NCBI GenBank assembly: GCA_964560435.1 | Contig: CAZLLK010000005.1 | Location: 5,711-69,710 of the forward strand | From: an uncultured Oscillospiraceae bacterium | GTDB lineage: Bacteria; Bacillota; Clostridia; Oscillospirales; Oscillospiraceae | Length of the DNA stretch: 64,000 nt | Direction: 5' to 3' | The notes under the pieces: generated by a model | The model's input: only the letters and a program-made list of their open reading frames with translations | What the model was told of the DNA's origin: nothing | Database searches by the model: none | Made by a program: the position numbers and the translations under genes | Shown here: one piece after another, positions 21,541-31,468 of the stretch | How the letters are laid out: every line of letters begins with the position of its first letter | Position numbering within the stretch: the first letter of the stretch is position 1

Positions 21541-21541
21541 G

Positions 21542-21585
21542 AAAAAGTCCTGTAATCTCAATGGTTGCAGGGCTTTTTCTTTTTG
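21542..21585 (+). terminator. Terminator hairpin after tRNA-Pro (also a candidate att-like core)
   Basis: AAAAAGTCCTGTAA / TTGCAGGGCTTTTT stem with two G-U pairs, then a T run. Confidence 0.7.
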
Positions 21586-21632
21586 CCTTGATATCTAAAT
21601 CTCCGTTTTTTCTAACACATTTTCTAACACCT

Positions 21633-22207
21633 CTAGATTTTCTCCGCCAAGTGACTTGAAAGCATGTCAGCCATGTTCTTTTTTCTACTCACCTCAATGT
21701 GGGAATATATATTGGCGGTCATCTTAATGTCGGCATGTCCTAGTCATTCTTGAACGTCTTTGAGTGAAAACCCCATATTGATAGGAAACTGGCGAAGCTC
21801 ATGGAATCGAATCCGCGGCAAGTTATGTTCATCCACAAGTCTCTAAATTTTTGTGACTCATAATCTGGAGAAAATGGTCTACCATCATCCCACTTTAGTA
21901 TGTAGTCGTTCAATATGTATTCCCTTCCGAACAGTTTCTGGCTTGCAGCTTCCCTCTTCTTGAGTTCTATCAGCAAAAGCCTAACTTCCGGCACAAGCGG
22001 AAAGCTCCTGTGACTAGTTGCGTTCTTTGTCTTGTCTTTTTCAACCGTTTCAAGCACTTTGACTACAGTGTGCTTTATGGTAAGCGTTCCTGCATCAAAA
22101 TCTACGCTGTCCCATTTCAAGCCGAGAACTTCACTTCTGCGCAGTCCGTAAATTGATGTAATCTTAACGAGCGGATATAGCGGTTCGCCTTTTATAGCTG
22201 CAAGCAG
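21633..22207 (-). pseudogene. Tyrosine recombinase (phage-type integrase) remnant
   Basis: Only the catalytic half survives (GLRRSEVLGLKWDSVDF...). The C-terminal box LPRIRFHELR...VQE*LGHADIKMTANIYSHI is readable only after a frameshift. It carries an internal deletion and a TGA where Trp is expected. The N-terminal domain is absent. Confidence 0.8.
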
Positions 22208-22437
22208 CTAAAGATATCAGCAAGGTCCAGTATTCCCCACAAGATTTCATTATAAATTGCCGAGAAGGACTATCATTTTCATAGTCCTTCTTTTAACATC
22301 TTTCAAGCGTAATAGTAGGCCGTTCTAACACTTTTCCCGTTGTTATCTCAAGGAAATTCACACAACAATTATGGTAATATGTGATGTGACATTTACGCAA
22401 GTACTTATCATGAAATATAAACTTCGCAAGCAAAAAT

Positions 22438-23655
22438 CTAACGAATCCGTTCAAGCAAAACTCCCATATCTCTGCATCGTCTCGGAGTGACCCCAAAGGC
22501 GTTCTTAAACGATTTTGTAAAGTGGCTCTGGTCATGATAATTTAACAAGGATGCAATTTCGATAATGGATTTGTCGGAAAACAGAAGCAGTTTCTTGGCT
22601 TCCTCCGCGCGGGTAGTTTGGATATAATCTTTCAGGGGTATTCCGGTTTCCTTCTTGAATTGTTCGGAAAGATATTCAGGGCAAAGGCCCAAATACGCAG
22701 CAATCCCTGAAACGGTAATTTTCTCATAAATATGGTTGATAACGTAATTTCGGCATCGGTTGATTCTGTAGGAGTAGTTGAGATGCCTTGTAACCGCAAC
22801 CATTCGTGCGAACTTGCATAGGGTTTGTTCTATCAGATGATAAATGCTGTCCATGTCTCGATACAATTCCAAATTCTGAATAGCCTCATCGCTCAACGAA
22901 AACGCAGACTCAGAATCAAGCCCCCCGGAAATAGCTGCGCGAGCAGCAAGTGTTATGGTACAGATGCAGTCATTCTTAAGATTTCGGAGCGGATGTTGCT
23001 TGTCAAGCAGGCCATAAGCGCCATCAGGGGGTGTTTTCATCATTTCCAGCAGTTTTTCCTCATTGCCCTCTGAAATCAGGCTAAAGAGATGGTTTTCATA
23101 AACTATGGAGTGATGGTGAACATTTTCAGTCTGGCTTGGAGCTGACGAGACATTGCCGCTTCGTTCCTTGTTTTTTGTTGTTTGTCTCCCGTCCATGCAG
23201 ACTTCAAGCAGTTCCTTTTCGTCTACCCATTCATCGTAAACAAAGTAAAACAGCACTATTGCCGCACTGACAGCATTATCAAAATTCTCGACCATTTGGT
23301 TCTTGGATGTGACGCTTCCCTGAAAATCTTTCGCAACGCACATAATCGGTCCGGCTGCAAGTCTGCCGCAAAATGTATCATTTTCGAACAAATCGACTGA
23401 AATATACATTTCCCCTGGGCGGGCGGCCACAACAACCGGTCGCCCACTTACATTTTCATCATTAAACAGCGCGCGAAAAAGATCGCTGTCATCGGTATGT
23501 GACGATGGCTGTCCATAAGCAAACGCGTAGCGAACAGAATTATCAGCGTTAAGATAATACACATGACATTGAAGCACTCGGCTAAAATGATGGCAGACTT
23601 TGGACGGCATTGAACGCTTGAAGCGTTCGGTGACGGAGCTTGGCATAGTAGTCAC
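22438..23655 (-). CDS. AraC family transcriptional regulator
   Basis: C-terminal double HTH (ITVSGIAAYLGLCPEYLSEQFKKETG, IIEIASLLNYHDQSHFTKSFKNAFGVTP). Confidence 0.88.
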   Translation of the reverse strand: MTTMPSSVTERFKRSMPSKVCHHFSRVLQCHVYYLNADNSVRYAFAYGQPSSHTDDSDLFRALFNDENVSGRPVVVAARPGEMYISVDLFENDTFCGRLAAGPIMCVAKDFQGSVTSKNQMVENFDNAVSAAIVLFYFVYDEWVDEKELLEVCMDGRQTTKNKERSGNVSSAPSQTENVHHHSIVYENHLFSLISEGNEEKLLEMMKTPPDGAYGLLDKQHPLRNLKNDCICTITLAARAAISGGLDSESAFSLSDEAIQNLELYRDMDSIYHLIEQTLCKFARMVAVTRHLNYSYRINRCRNYVINHIYEKITVSGIAAYLGLCPEYLSEQFKKETGIPLKDYIQTTRAEEAKKLLLFSDKSIIEIASLLNYHDQSHFTKSFKNAFGVTPRRCRDMGVLLERIR

Positions 23656-23800
23656 TTCCCTATCATTACCTTTGATTTGTAATAAACATCTTAGATATTT
23701 ACTAACATGATATCATGCAGAATGATAGAATACCAGCACAATCAATATATACTTAGTAAATATTAGACGATATTTGGATGTTGTGCATAGGAGGGGCTAT

Positions 23801-26065
23801 ATGCAAATTAACAGTAAAACGCTCATCAACGAACTAACCTTAGCGGAAAAAGCCGCCCTTTGTGCTGGGCTTGACAGCTGGCACACCGTTCCCGTTCCTC
23901 GACTCGGCATCCCATCAATCATGATGACCGACGGCCCACACGGAATACGTAAAGAATTGTACAAAGACGGTGACGATTTGCTTACAGTTCAGAGCCAGCC
24001 CGCGACCTGCTATCCGACAGCTGCAGCTCTTGCCTGCTCGTGGGACACCAAGCTGATGTTTAAGCTCGGTGAGGCCTTGGGTGAAGAATGCCTTGCGAGT
24101 GATGTTTCAATTTTACTTGGCCCTGGAGTCAACATCAAGCGTTCCCCTCTTTGCGGGCGGAATTTCGAATATTTTTCCGAAGACCCGCTCCTTGCCGGTC
24201 AATTGGCGTCAGGTTACATAAACGGCGTGCAAAGCAAGGGCGTTGGCGCATCGCTCAAGCATTTTGCAGTAAACAATCAGGAAACCTCACGCATGACAAC
24301 CGACACAACAATTGACGAGCGCACTCTGCGAGAAATATACCTCACAAACTTTGAAATCGCTGTTAAAACCGCAAAGCCTTGGACGGTCATGTGCGCATAT
24401 AACAAGCTTCGTGGTGAATACTGCTCCGAAAACGGTCGTTTACTCACCGAAATTCTCCGCGATGAATGGGGCTTTGACGGGCTTGTTATGTCAGACTGGG
24501 GTGCAGTCAACGAGAGAGATGACGGAGTCGTGACAGGGCTGGATTTGGAGATGCCCACGGGTGGCGAAGACAGCAAAAACAAAATAATTGCCGCTGTAAA
24601 AAGTGGAAAACTGCCCGAAAGCGTTCTTGACGCCACCATCGAACGAATACTTCAGCTTGTTTTCAAGTGCGTAGAGAACAAACAATCCACCACTTATGAC
24701 GTGCAGGCACATCACGAGCTAGCACGGAATATTGCAGGTGAATGTGCGGTGCTGCTTAAAAACGAAGGTGCTCTCCCTCTTGAGCGGAACGGCAAGCTCG
24801 CCGTCATCGGTGCATTCGCCAAAAAGCCACGTTTTCAAGGAGGCGGAAGCTCTCATATCAATCCCACTATTACGGCAATTCCGCTTGAAGAAATCATAAA
24901 ATCTGCCGGAAACGGTTTGGAAATTACATATTGTCAGGGGTATCACCTCGACGAGGACGGCGAAACATTCGGAAGCGGATTTGGCAGTATCTGTGAAACG
25001 CCCGACGACGACCTTATCCGTCAGGCGGTTGAAGTGGCAGCTTCGTCAGACAGGACGGTTTTGTTTGCAGGTCTGCCCGACTCATTTGAATCAGAGGGAT
25101 ATGACCGCACGCATATGTGTCTTCCTTTAGGTCAACTCAAGCTGATTGAAGAAGTTACCAAGGATGCAAAAAATGTTGTGGTTGTACTCATGAACGGCTC
25201 ACCGATAGAAATGCCATGGATTTCTCAAGTCGATGCAGTATTAGAGGCTTACCTTGCAGGCCAGGCTTCGGGAGGTGCCATAGCGGATATTCTGTTCGGT
25301 GACGTAAACCCAAGCGGAAAGCTTGCCGAAACCTTCCCTGAAAGGCTCGTCGATAATCCGTCATATCTGTTTTTCCCGGGGTCACATAACAAGGTGGAAT
25401 ACAGGGAAGGCATTTTTGTAGGTTATCGTTATTATGAGAAAAAGCAGGTCGCGCCACTGTTTTCCTTTGGTTTTGGACTAAGCTATACCACATTTGCTTA
25501 TTCAAATATTGAAACGAACAAGTATGAGATTAACGACAACGGTACGGTTATGGTAAAAGTCACTGTCAGAAACACGGGCTTACTCACAGGCAAGGAAACG
25601 GTGCAATTTTACGTTCGCGACGTTGAAAGCAGCGTAATCCGTCCCGAAAAAGAGCTTAAGGGATTTGTAAAGGTTGCATTAGCGCCCAATGAGGAAAAAA
25701 CCGTCAGCGTTACCCTCGACAGACGTGCGTTTGCCTATTATGACGAGGAAGCGCACGATTGGCAGGTTGAGAGCGGAGAATTCGATATTCTCGTGGGAGG
25801 CTCGTCGGTGGATACCCCGCTCAAAGCAACGGTCAAGGTTAATTCAACTGTACAAAAAAAGTCGATTTTTACACGCAATTCAACTATAGGTGAAATGCTG
25901 TCCGATCCTGTCGGAGCCGCAATTCTTTTCGAAATAGTTGGAGAAGAATATTTTTCAGCCCTCCCCGCTTTCGTTCTGCAAATGCCTTTGCGCAGTATCC
26001 ATATGCAAATGCCGGAAATCAACGATGAAGCTATCAGCGGTCTTATTGAAGTTCTCAATTCTTAA
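23801..26065 (+). CDS. Glycoside hydrolase family 3 beta-glucosidase
   Basis: GH3 motifs (GPHGIRK, KHFAVNNQE, nucleophile region LVMSDWGAV) and a C-terminal fibronectin-like domain. Start at ATG 23801 after AGGAGG. Confidence 0.9.
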   Translation: MQINSKTLINELTLAEKAALCAGLDSWHTVPVPRLGIPSIMMTDGPHGIRKELYKDGDDLLTVQSQPATCYPTAAALACSWDTKLMFKLGEALGEECLASDVSILLGPGVNIKRSPLCGRNFEYFSEDPLLAGQLASGYINGVQSKGVGASLKHFAVNNQETSRMTTDTTIDERTLREIYLTNFEIAVKTAKPWTVMCAYNKLRGEYCSENGRLLTEILRDEWGFDGLVMSDWGAVNERDDGVVTGLDLEMPTGGEDSKNKIIAAVKSGKLPESVLDATIERILQLVFKCVENKQSTTYDVQAHHELARNIAGECAVLLKNEGALPLERNGKLAVIGAFAKKPRFQGGGSSHINPTITAIPLEEIIKSAGNGLEITYCQGYHLDEDGETFGSGFGSICETPDDDLIRQAVEVAASSDRTVLFAGLPDSFESEGYDRTHMCLPLGQLKLIEEVTKDAKNVVVVLMNGSPIEMPWISQVDAVLEAYLAGQASGGAIADILFGDVNPSGKLAETFPERLVDNPSYLFFPGSHNKVEYREGIFVGYRYYEKKQVAPLFSFGFGLSYTTFAYSNIETNKYEINDNGTVMVKVTVRNTGLLTGKETVQFYVRDVESSVIRPEKELKGFVKVALAPNEEKTVSVTLDRRAFAYYDEEAHDWQVESGEFDILVGGSSVDTPLKATVKVNSTVQKKSIFTRNSTIGEMLSDPVGAAILFEIVGEEYFSALPAFVLQMPLRSIHMQMPEINDEAISGLIEVLNS

Positions 26066-26107
26066 GTAGATTTAAAAAAATCACATAATTCCGGGAGGTT
26101 TTGGCAT

Positions 26108-27355
26108 ATGGATTCGAAAAACACGCCTTTGCGCAGATTGACCATCGCACTAAGTATCGGCAAAAGCTTCAGCATGATGGTGGTTATTATACCAATTACG
26201 CTTTTATTGACCTTTAAAGCTGTGGAACTTGATCCGAGCCGACAGACCAGCATTCTAAGCCTAGTTACAGGCGTGGGTGCGCTGTTTGCGTTATTAGGTA
26301 ACCCGCTAGGAGGATTCTTAAGTGACAGAACGACGCTAAAATTTGGTCGCAGGCGTACTTGGATTCTGCTAGGAAGTATTCTGGGAAGTGCCGCAATGGT
26401 CGGCATTATGTTTTCAAAAACCATTACCAGTCTTCTTGCTTTTTGGTGCTTAACGCAGCTGTTTTATAATTTTGCTTTTGCCTCATATATGGCGCTTGTT
26501 CCCGACCAGGTACCCGAGTCGCGCCGTGGTTCCATTTCAGGCATCCTGGGGCTCGGAATGCCCGTTTCTATGGTCGTGGGTTATGTGATTATGACGGTTA
26601 TGAGCGGCACACCCCTCGCCGTCAGATTTGGAATTCTGGCTTTTATCGGTATAGCTGTTGCCATTTTAACCTGCGCCATGATAAAGGACCCTCCTGTAGA
26701 CAATTGTCAAACAGTCGAGCACAAACATTATTCATGGAAAAATGTTTATCCAAGTGTCAAGAAATATCCAACCTTCACATGGGGAATGCTTACAAGATTT
26801 TTTATGTCTATGACATACTGCTATCAGCTCTTCACGACGACAATGCTCATGCAGCGTTTTGATTTTGATGAAGCGAAAGCAACCGAGGTGTCCACAATCA
26901 TTATGGTTCTTAGTTTAGCATCCATGGCGGTTTCAAGTATCCTTGGTGGAGTACTATCCGATAAGCTCAGAAAGCAGAAGCCGTTTATTATTTCCTCTGT
27001 AATCGTAATGGTCATCGGTCTTTTAATGGTTGCGTTGGTACCGAGTCTGAAACTAGTCACTGTGGGTTGCATCATAATCAACTTCGGCTATGGCATATAT
27101 ACCGCCGTTGATACCGCTCTTATCGCTAGAATATTGCCGCGCAAGGAAGATGCCGCAAAGGATTACGGACTTATGAACGTTGCTGATGCTCTTCCGCAGT
27201 CTGTCGTTCCTGCCATGGCAGCTCCTCTAATTTCCCTCGGTAGCTGGCCGCTTTTCTACGGCGTTTTGGCCTTTTGCGGACTAATCAGTGCGGCCGTCGT
27301 TCGACCTATACCTGAAATGTCGGCCGAACAGGAATCGAATTCCTCCGCCCTCTGA
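26108..27355 (+). CDS. MFS transporter (GPH/sugar-cation symporter-like)
   Basis: 415 aa with about 12 predicted TM helices and the motif DRTTLKFGRRRTW between TM2 and TM3. It follows the GH3 gene. Confidence 0.8.
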   Translation: MDSKNTPLRRLTIALSIGKSFSMMVVIIPITLLLTFKAVELDPSRQTSILSLVTGVGALFALLGNPLGGFLSDRTTLKFGRRRTWILLGSILGSAAMVGIMFSKTITSLLAFWCLTQLFYNFAFASYMALVPDQVPESRRGSISGILGLGMPVSMVVGYVIMTVMSGTPLAVRFGILAFIGIAVAILTCAMIKDPPVDNCQTVEHKHYSWKNVYPSVKKYPTFTWGMLTRFFMSMTYCYQLFTTTMLMQRFDFDEAKATEVSTIIMVLSLASMAVSSILGGVLSDKLRKQKPFIISSVIVMVIGLLMVALVPSLKLVTVGCIIINFGYGIYTAVDTALIARILPRKEDAAKDYGLMNVADALPQSVVPAMAAPLISLGSWPLFYGVLAFCGLISAAVVRPIPEMSAEQESNSSAL

Positions 27356-27446
27356 CAGTCCACCCATCACCCCGTTTTTATAATATGAGTGCCAAATATT
27401 GAGATACTGCCTGGAATTGAGGTTTCAGTGTGTCTCTCTCAACGAC

Positions 27447-27496
27447 AAAAAAATCCGAACCTTTTCATATCCAGAAAAGTGTTCGGATTATTTGTT
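27447..27496. terminator. Long hairpin terminator, probably bidirectional
   Basis: AATCCGAAC-CTTTTC ... GAAAAG-GTTCGGATT, flanked by an A run and a T-rich tail. Confidence 0.7.
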
Positions 27497-27591
27497 CCAG
27501 AAATTGATTTAGCAAAGCTAGAAACAGGTTTAAGCATTTTGGGGAGGGTTGAATGTTGCAACACCCGCTAGCCCTCTATGGGTGTCTATAC

Positions 27592-28167
27592 TTATTTTGT
27601 GTGGAAGTATTTTTTGAACTCACGAAGCAAATCATTACCTAGCAACATGAAACAGGCTGCTAATAATGCTAATGCAAATGCGCCCATTACAACCAGCGCC
27701 CATCGGCTTTCTTCCTTCCAGAATATTAACCCCACAACAGAACACGCAATAGATGCGGCCATCATAAGCAACATCGGTGAAATATTCTGCTTTTGCCTGT
27801 CAAAATCGGTAAAAAGAAGTATACCCGCAACAGCCAATCCGCTGAAGCAAACGATAGGAACGACCTCTATTGCCCATCCGGGCGCAAGAAGAACATCAAT
27901 CATAACGAGCAAAACGGATGTATCTGCAATTAATTTTATAGACTGACTTAGACGATTGTATTCCACCAAATCCGTTGAAAACACAAATGACCAAACAATC
28001 CAGATTGACCACAGGACAACAAGGCTCCATGCGTGACCACCCACGCAGATATTCAATAAAGGGCAAATAAATGCTACAAACAGAAACGGCCACCGTACCC
28101 AATTTATTATGTCGTCCCTTTGAGACTTTTGCTTTTGCATAGGTGGATAGGTTATTTCAACTTTCAT
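27592..28167 (-). CDS. Hypothetical polytopic membrane protein
   Basis: About 191 aa from MKVEITYPP with 5-6 hydrophobic helices. It overlaps the stop of the upstream acyltransferase gene by 11 nt. Confidence 0.5.
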   Translation of the reverse strand: MKVEITYPPMQKQKSQRDDIINWVRWPFLFVAFICPLLNICVGGHAWSLVVLWSIWIVWSFVFSTDLVEYNRLSQSIKLIADTSVLLVMIDVLLAPGWAIEVVPIVCFSGLAVAGILLFTDFDRQKQNISPMLLMMAASIACSVVGLIFWKEESRWALVVMGAFALALLAACFMLLGNDLLREFKKYFHTK

Positions 28168-29857
28168 ACAATTCGCTCCCCTGTACAACCGTCTCAATGC
28201 CTTCCGAAAGCAACATACTCAAAAGTTTTTCTTCAAAGGAAGGGTCGGCTGTCATTTTTGTTATTGAAAGCATTGCGGTGTTTCCAAATGTCACCATAGC
28301 GCAATTTACTCTGTTAGTAGCCGCTGGACCCAAAACGAAATCCATATAGTCGATTTGTTCTTCAAGTTCACGTGGCATGGTAACAACGCCAAGATTTGAA
28401 AGAGTATCACTAAAAATGTTTTCTCCTAAATATCCATACACAATTCTGGCAACAGCTGACTTCAAGAACAGTGGAATGTGTTGCATTAGTTTTATCATTT
28501 GTTCTGTTGAATTCATCATCTCGCTCAAGCTTTGCTTCGATGCTTTCGTGGTGAGTTGATTCGAAATCTCTTCAAGAATGGAGTCAACATCTGTAATATC
28601 ACGGAGAGGTAGCTTTATGCCGCAATACATAGAAAAATTTCTCAACGACGAAGAAGGATAGTATTTCCTCATGTTCACCGGAATTTGAGTATTGAGATTT
28701 CCTTCAAGTTCGTCTGTTGCGTGCTTTCCTGCAACAAACATCAACGCAAGGATATAAGCAGTTATCGTCGCGTTTTTACCCTTGGCAACTTTTTTTAGAG
28801 CGGAAGCATCCATTTTGAAGTGATAAACACGGCAGGGCTTCTTCTTGGCAAGCTTTCCACTCATTTGAACGGCGGGTTTATCTACAAAACCGGAGGTCTT
28901 TTCGGTTTTATCCGCACGCGAAAACTCATTGGCCGTTTCGCTTGTGGTTGGAGTGTCGTTTACATTAAGAATTCCTTCATCTCCATCTGATGTAATGCCG
29001 AGCAAGCGAAGATATTCAGCTGTAAGCGTTTTCAAAAACACTATACCGCCAGTCCCATCAGTTAGAACATGAAAATACTCTACACTTATCCTGTTTGCAT
29101 TATAGAGCACTCGAAACGACTGTGAGCCGCTTTTTGAAATCTCTATAAAACTGCAGGGAATATTCGATTCCGGCGCAACGGAATATCTGCGCTTTGCCGA
29201 GCTTAGGTAATGCCAGAAGAACCCCTTCTTAACGGTTGTAGCAAAGCTTGGGAATCGCTTTATTGTAAATGTGAGTGCCATTTGTAAGAGTTCCGGGATG
29301 ACCGGTTGCTTTAGATATACTGACAGCCTGAATACCGACATTTGACCACGCTTCATAGATAATGGATATATTTTCGCTGCGTCGTCAAGCACAAACCATT
29401 GAATTGACGGTCTGACATAAAAACCGCCTAGATTTTCTATGCTTAACCTAGCAAGGGCAACGACAAGAGGAACACCAATTGAAGAGTAATACAAAATCGC
29501 TTTTTCGAAATCCAATCGCATACGAGCTTTTTCTTTTGGTGCAAGCGAATTGTGTCCGTTGAATTCCGTAAAAAAGTATGCTATATCATCCAAGTCTGTT
29601 TTAGATAGTGTTAGTTTAAATTGTTCAAACGAAGTATCTATTTTCTTTTTCATTAACACATCTTCTTTCAAAGGCAAAACGAAATTGACTGATTCTCCTT
29701 CGAACTTTCCATTCGTATTTGAAAGTGTCAGCCGCTTTCTTGTTATAAATAATACTATTAGCAGGTTGTTGCTGTCGTTGGGTTCGACCATTGGTAAGGT
29801 TCGTGCCATTAACCAGTACGAATCGTAATAAGCTTCGGTGGGAATATACGGGGCCAT
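28157..29857 (-). CDS. HxxxDG acyltransferase (condensation / alcohol-acetyltransferase-like)
   Basis: Contains YFHVLTDGTGGIVFLKTL, which is the HxxxDG catalytic motif of condensation/WS-DGAT/AATase-type enzymes. An alternative start is ATG 29653 (MKKKIDTSF...). Confidence 0.5.
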   Translation of the reverse strand: MAPYIPTEAYYDSYWLMARTLPMVEPNDSNNLLIVLFITRKRLTLSNTNGKFEGESVNFVLPLKEDVLMKKKIDTSFEQFKLTLSKTDLDDIAYFFTEFNGHNSLAPKEKARMRLDFEKAILYYSSIGVPLVVALARLSIENLGGFYVRPSIQWFVLDDAAKIYPLSMKRGQMSVFRLSVYLKQPVIPELLQMALTFTIKRFPSFATTVKKGFFWHYLSSAKRRYSVAPESNIPCSFIEISKSGSQSFRVLYNANRISVEYFHVLTDGTGGIVFLKTLTAEYLRLLGITSDGDEGILNVNDTPTTSETANEFSRADKTEKTSGFVDKPAVQMSGKLAKKKPCRVYHFKMDASALKKVAKGKNATITAYILALMFVAGKHATDELEGNLNTQIPVNMRKYYPSSSLRNFSMYCGIKLPLRDITDVDSILEEISNQLTTKASKQSLSEMMNSTEQMIKLMQHIPLFLKSAVARIVYGYLGENIFSDTLSNLGVVTMPRELEEQIDYMDFVLGPAATNRVNCAMVTFGNTAMLSITKMTADPSFEEKLLSMLLSEGIETVVQGSELYES

Positions 29858-29901
29858 TATGTTGTTCTATTCGCACTCGAGGTACAGCCACTTTCCCCTA
29901 A

Positions 29902-30612
29902 TCAGCCAACAAACCAGTTCCAATGATGCCAGAAACCCATTGTTCCCGCCGAAAACGCCAGGCCAATGAACGACAGCACGAAGCAGATTCCGAACACGGC
30001 AACCGCCCAGAGCAAAACCGTTCTGAGAGTTCTCCTTGTTTTCGGTTCAAACTGCGGATTCCACGGCAGTGGAGGCAATGCGCTTTTGGAGGTCATGTTT
30101 TTGTGCCACCTTACGCTTGCTTTTATCACCTGCTTCAAAAACGCGAAACAATAGATTGTTGCAACGGCGAAAATAATCGCAAGTCCTAAAATCGAAATTC
30201 CGAGTATAAGCGAGCCGAGATAAGGCATTCTTGGGAAAAACCTAAAATACTCAAAATATCCAACTAGGTAGACTCCCAATGTGCCAAAGCTTACAGTGGA
30301 GACCGCCAAAACAATATCCCATGACAAAAACAAAATGTAAAACATTGCTTCAAAAAGAGCTGTGAAGCCCAAGCCCAGCTTCAGAAAGAAGCCAGCGCCT
30401 GTTTGATTTTCCCCCATGTCTTTTGCGCTATCGAACTGAGCGGCTATCGTTTTGGGAGCGCCGAGCTTTGCCGCAATTTCCTCTTCCGAATAGCCGTCGG
30501 CCATTTTGAAAGCAAAATGCTGCTCATATTCCAGGATGATGTCATCCATGTCGGCTGCGTTATTTCGTTTAAGCTCTGACCTAAGCTCTGCCAAATACTC
30601 ATTCTTTTTCAT
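29902..30612 (-). CDS. DUF1700-like membrane protein (PadR-associated sensor module)
   Basis: The N-terminal helical region (YLAELRSELKRNNAADMDDIILEYEQHF) is followed by TM helices. It overlaps the padR stop, which is the typical PadR-DUF1700 pairing. Confidence 0.6.
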   Translation of the reverse strand: MKKNEYLAELRSELKRNNAADMDDIILEYEQHFAFKMADGYSEEEIAAKLGAPKTIAAQFDSAKDMGENQTGAGFFLKLGLGFTALFEAMFYILFLSWDIVLAVSTVSFGTLGVYLVGYFEYFRFFPRMPYLGSLILGISILGLAIIFAVATIYCFAFLKQVIKASVRWHKNMTSKSALPPLPWNPQFEPKTRRTLRTVLLWAVAVFGICFVLSFIGLAFSAGTMGFWHHWNWFVG

Positions 30613-30925
30613 CTTTATTCTCCTTCAGCATCGATTCAACGATTTTTGCAAACTGCAGATATTCTGTACGATCCGTGTCATATGTGCTTCGTCCGAGCTC
30701 CGTCAGCGAATAGTATTTTCTTGGTGGCCCGCCGCTTTCTTCCGAAAGGTATGTGGTAACAAGCCCGTCACTTTTGAGCTTTCGCAATATGGGATAGACT
30801 GTGCCATCGGCAATGTCGATGCGTTTTGACAAGTATTCCGAAATCTCGTACCCGTACCGGTTCTCGTTCTTGAGCATGGAAAGCACGCAAAGCTCCAGTA
30901 CGCCTTTTTTGTATTGTGTATTCAC
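30599..30925 (-). CDS. PadR family transcriptional regulator
   Basis: 108 aa winged HTH (RYGYEISEYLSKRIDIADGTVYPILRKLKSDGLV). Confidence 0.9.
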   Translation of the reverse strand: MNTQYKKGVLELCVLSMLKNENRYGYEISEYLSKRIDIADGTVYPILRKLKSDGLVTTYLSEESGGPPRKYYSLTELGRSTYDTDRTEYLQFAKIVESMLKENKDEKE

Positions 30926-31049
30926 GCAAGCCCTCCTTTTGTAAATATTCGCAATAGTGTTGTTTGTTTACTATTAGATAATACACAGTAGTTTCATTTT
31001 TGTCAATACCAATTGCAAAAACTATTTTTGAGCCATAGTGTTTCGGCTA

Positions 31050-31412
31050 TCACTTTTCAACCGAGCAACTGTTAATGCCTTTCGTTCTACGATATTCTCT
31101 AACCCACTGGCTCACCTTGTTAGTATCAATCCCCAATTCTTCTGCCACGCTGGTCGCGGATTTTTCACTCCTTAGAATGTGCTCCATACAGGAACGAAAA
31201 AACATCTGGACAGTATAGCAAAGACCTTGTTTCGCAGCACTTTCGGACAGCTGAACGAAACAAGGTCTGGGTTGCGATATCGCATACAAAAAGCTAGCCT
31301 TGGTTGGGTATATCTAGCCACCGCAATTGGCTTGTACAACAGAAAAATCAAAGGACATTCGGCACTATCACTTTTCACCGCTCTGCAGAATATTATCAAA
31401 AAGGAAATATAA
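31050..31412. mobile_element. IS3-family transposase debris (OrfA HTH fragment on minus, OrfB-like fragment on plus)
   Basis: Minus strand: ILRSEKSATSVAEELGIDTNKVSQWVREY, an IS3 OrfA HTH. Plus strand: GWVYLATAIGLYNRKIKGHS, which resembles the OrfB segment GWLYLAxxIDLYSRKIVGWS. Neither fragment is complete. Confidence 0.5.
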
Positions 31413-31468
31413 ATAGCGGTAGTGGCAAGTTGTTGGCTATCGTCCGCATTCGCTATCGCAATTACATT

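Noticed and set aside
22293-22535. 80 aa minus-strand ORF overlapping the 3' end of the AraC gene
   Set aside because: It is an alternative frame of the AraC terminus and downstream spacer. It has no RBS and no recognisable sequence.
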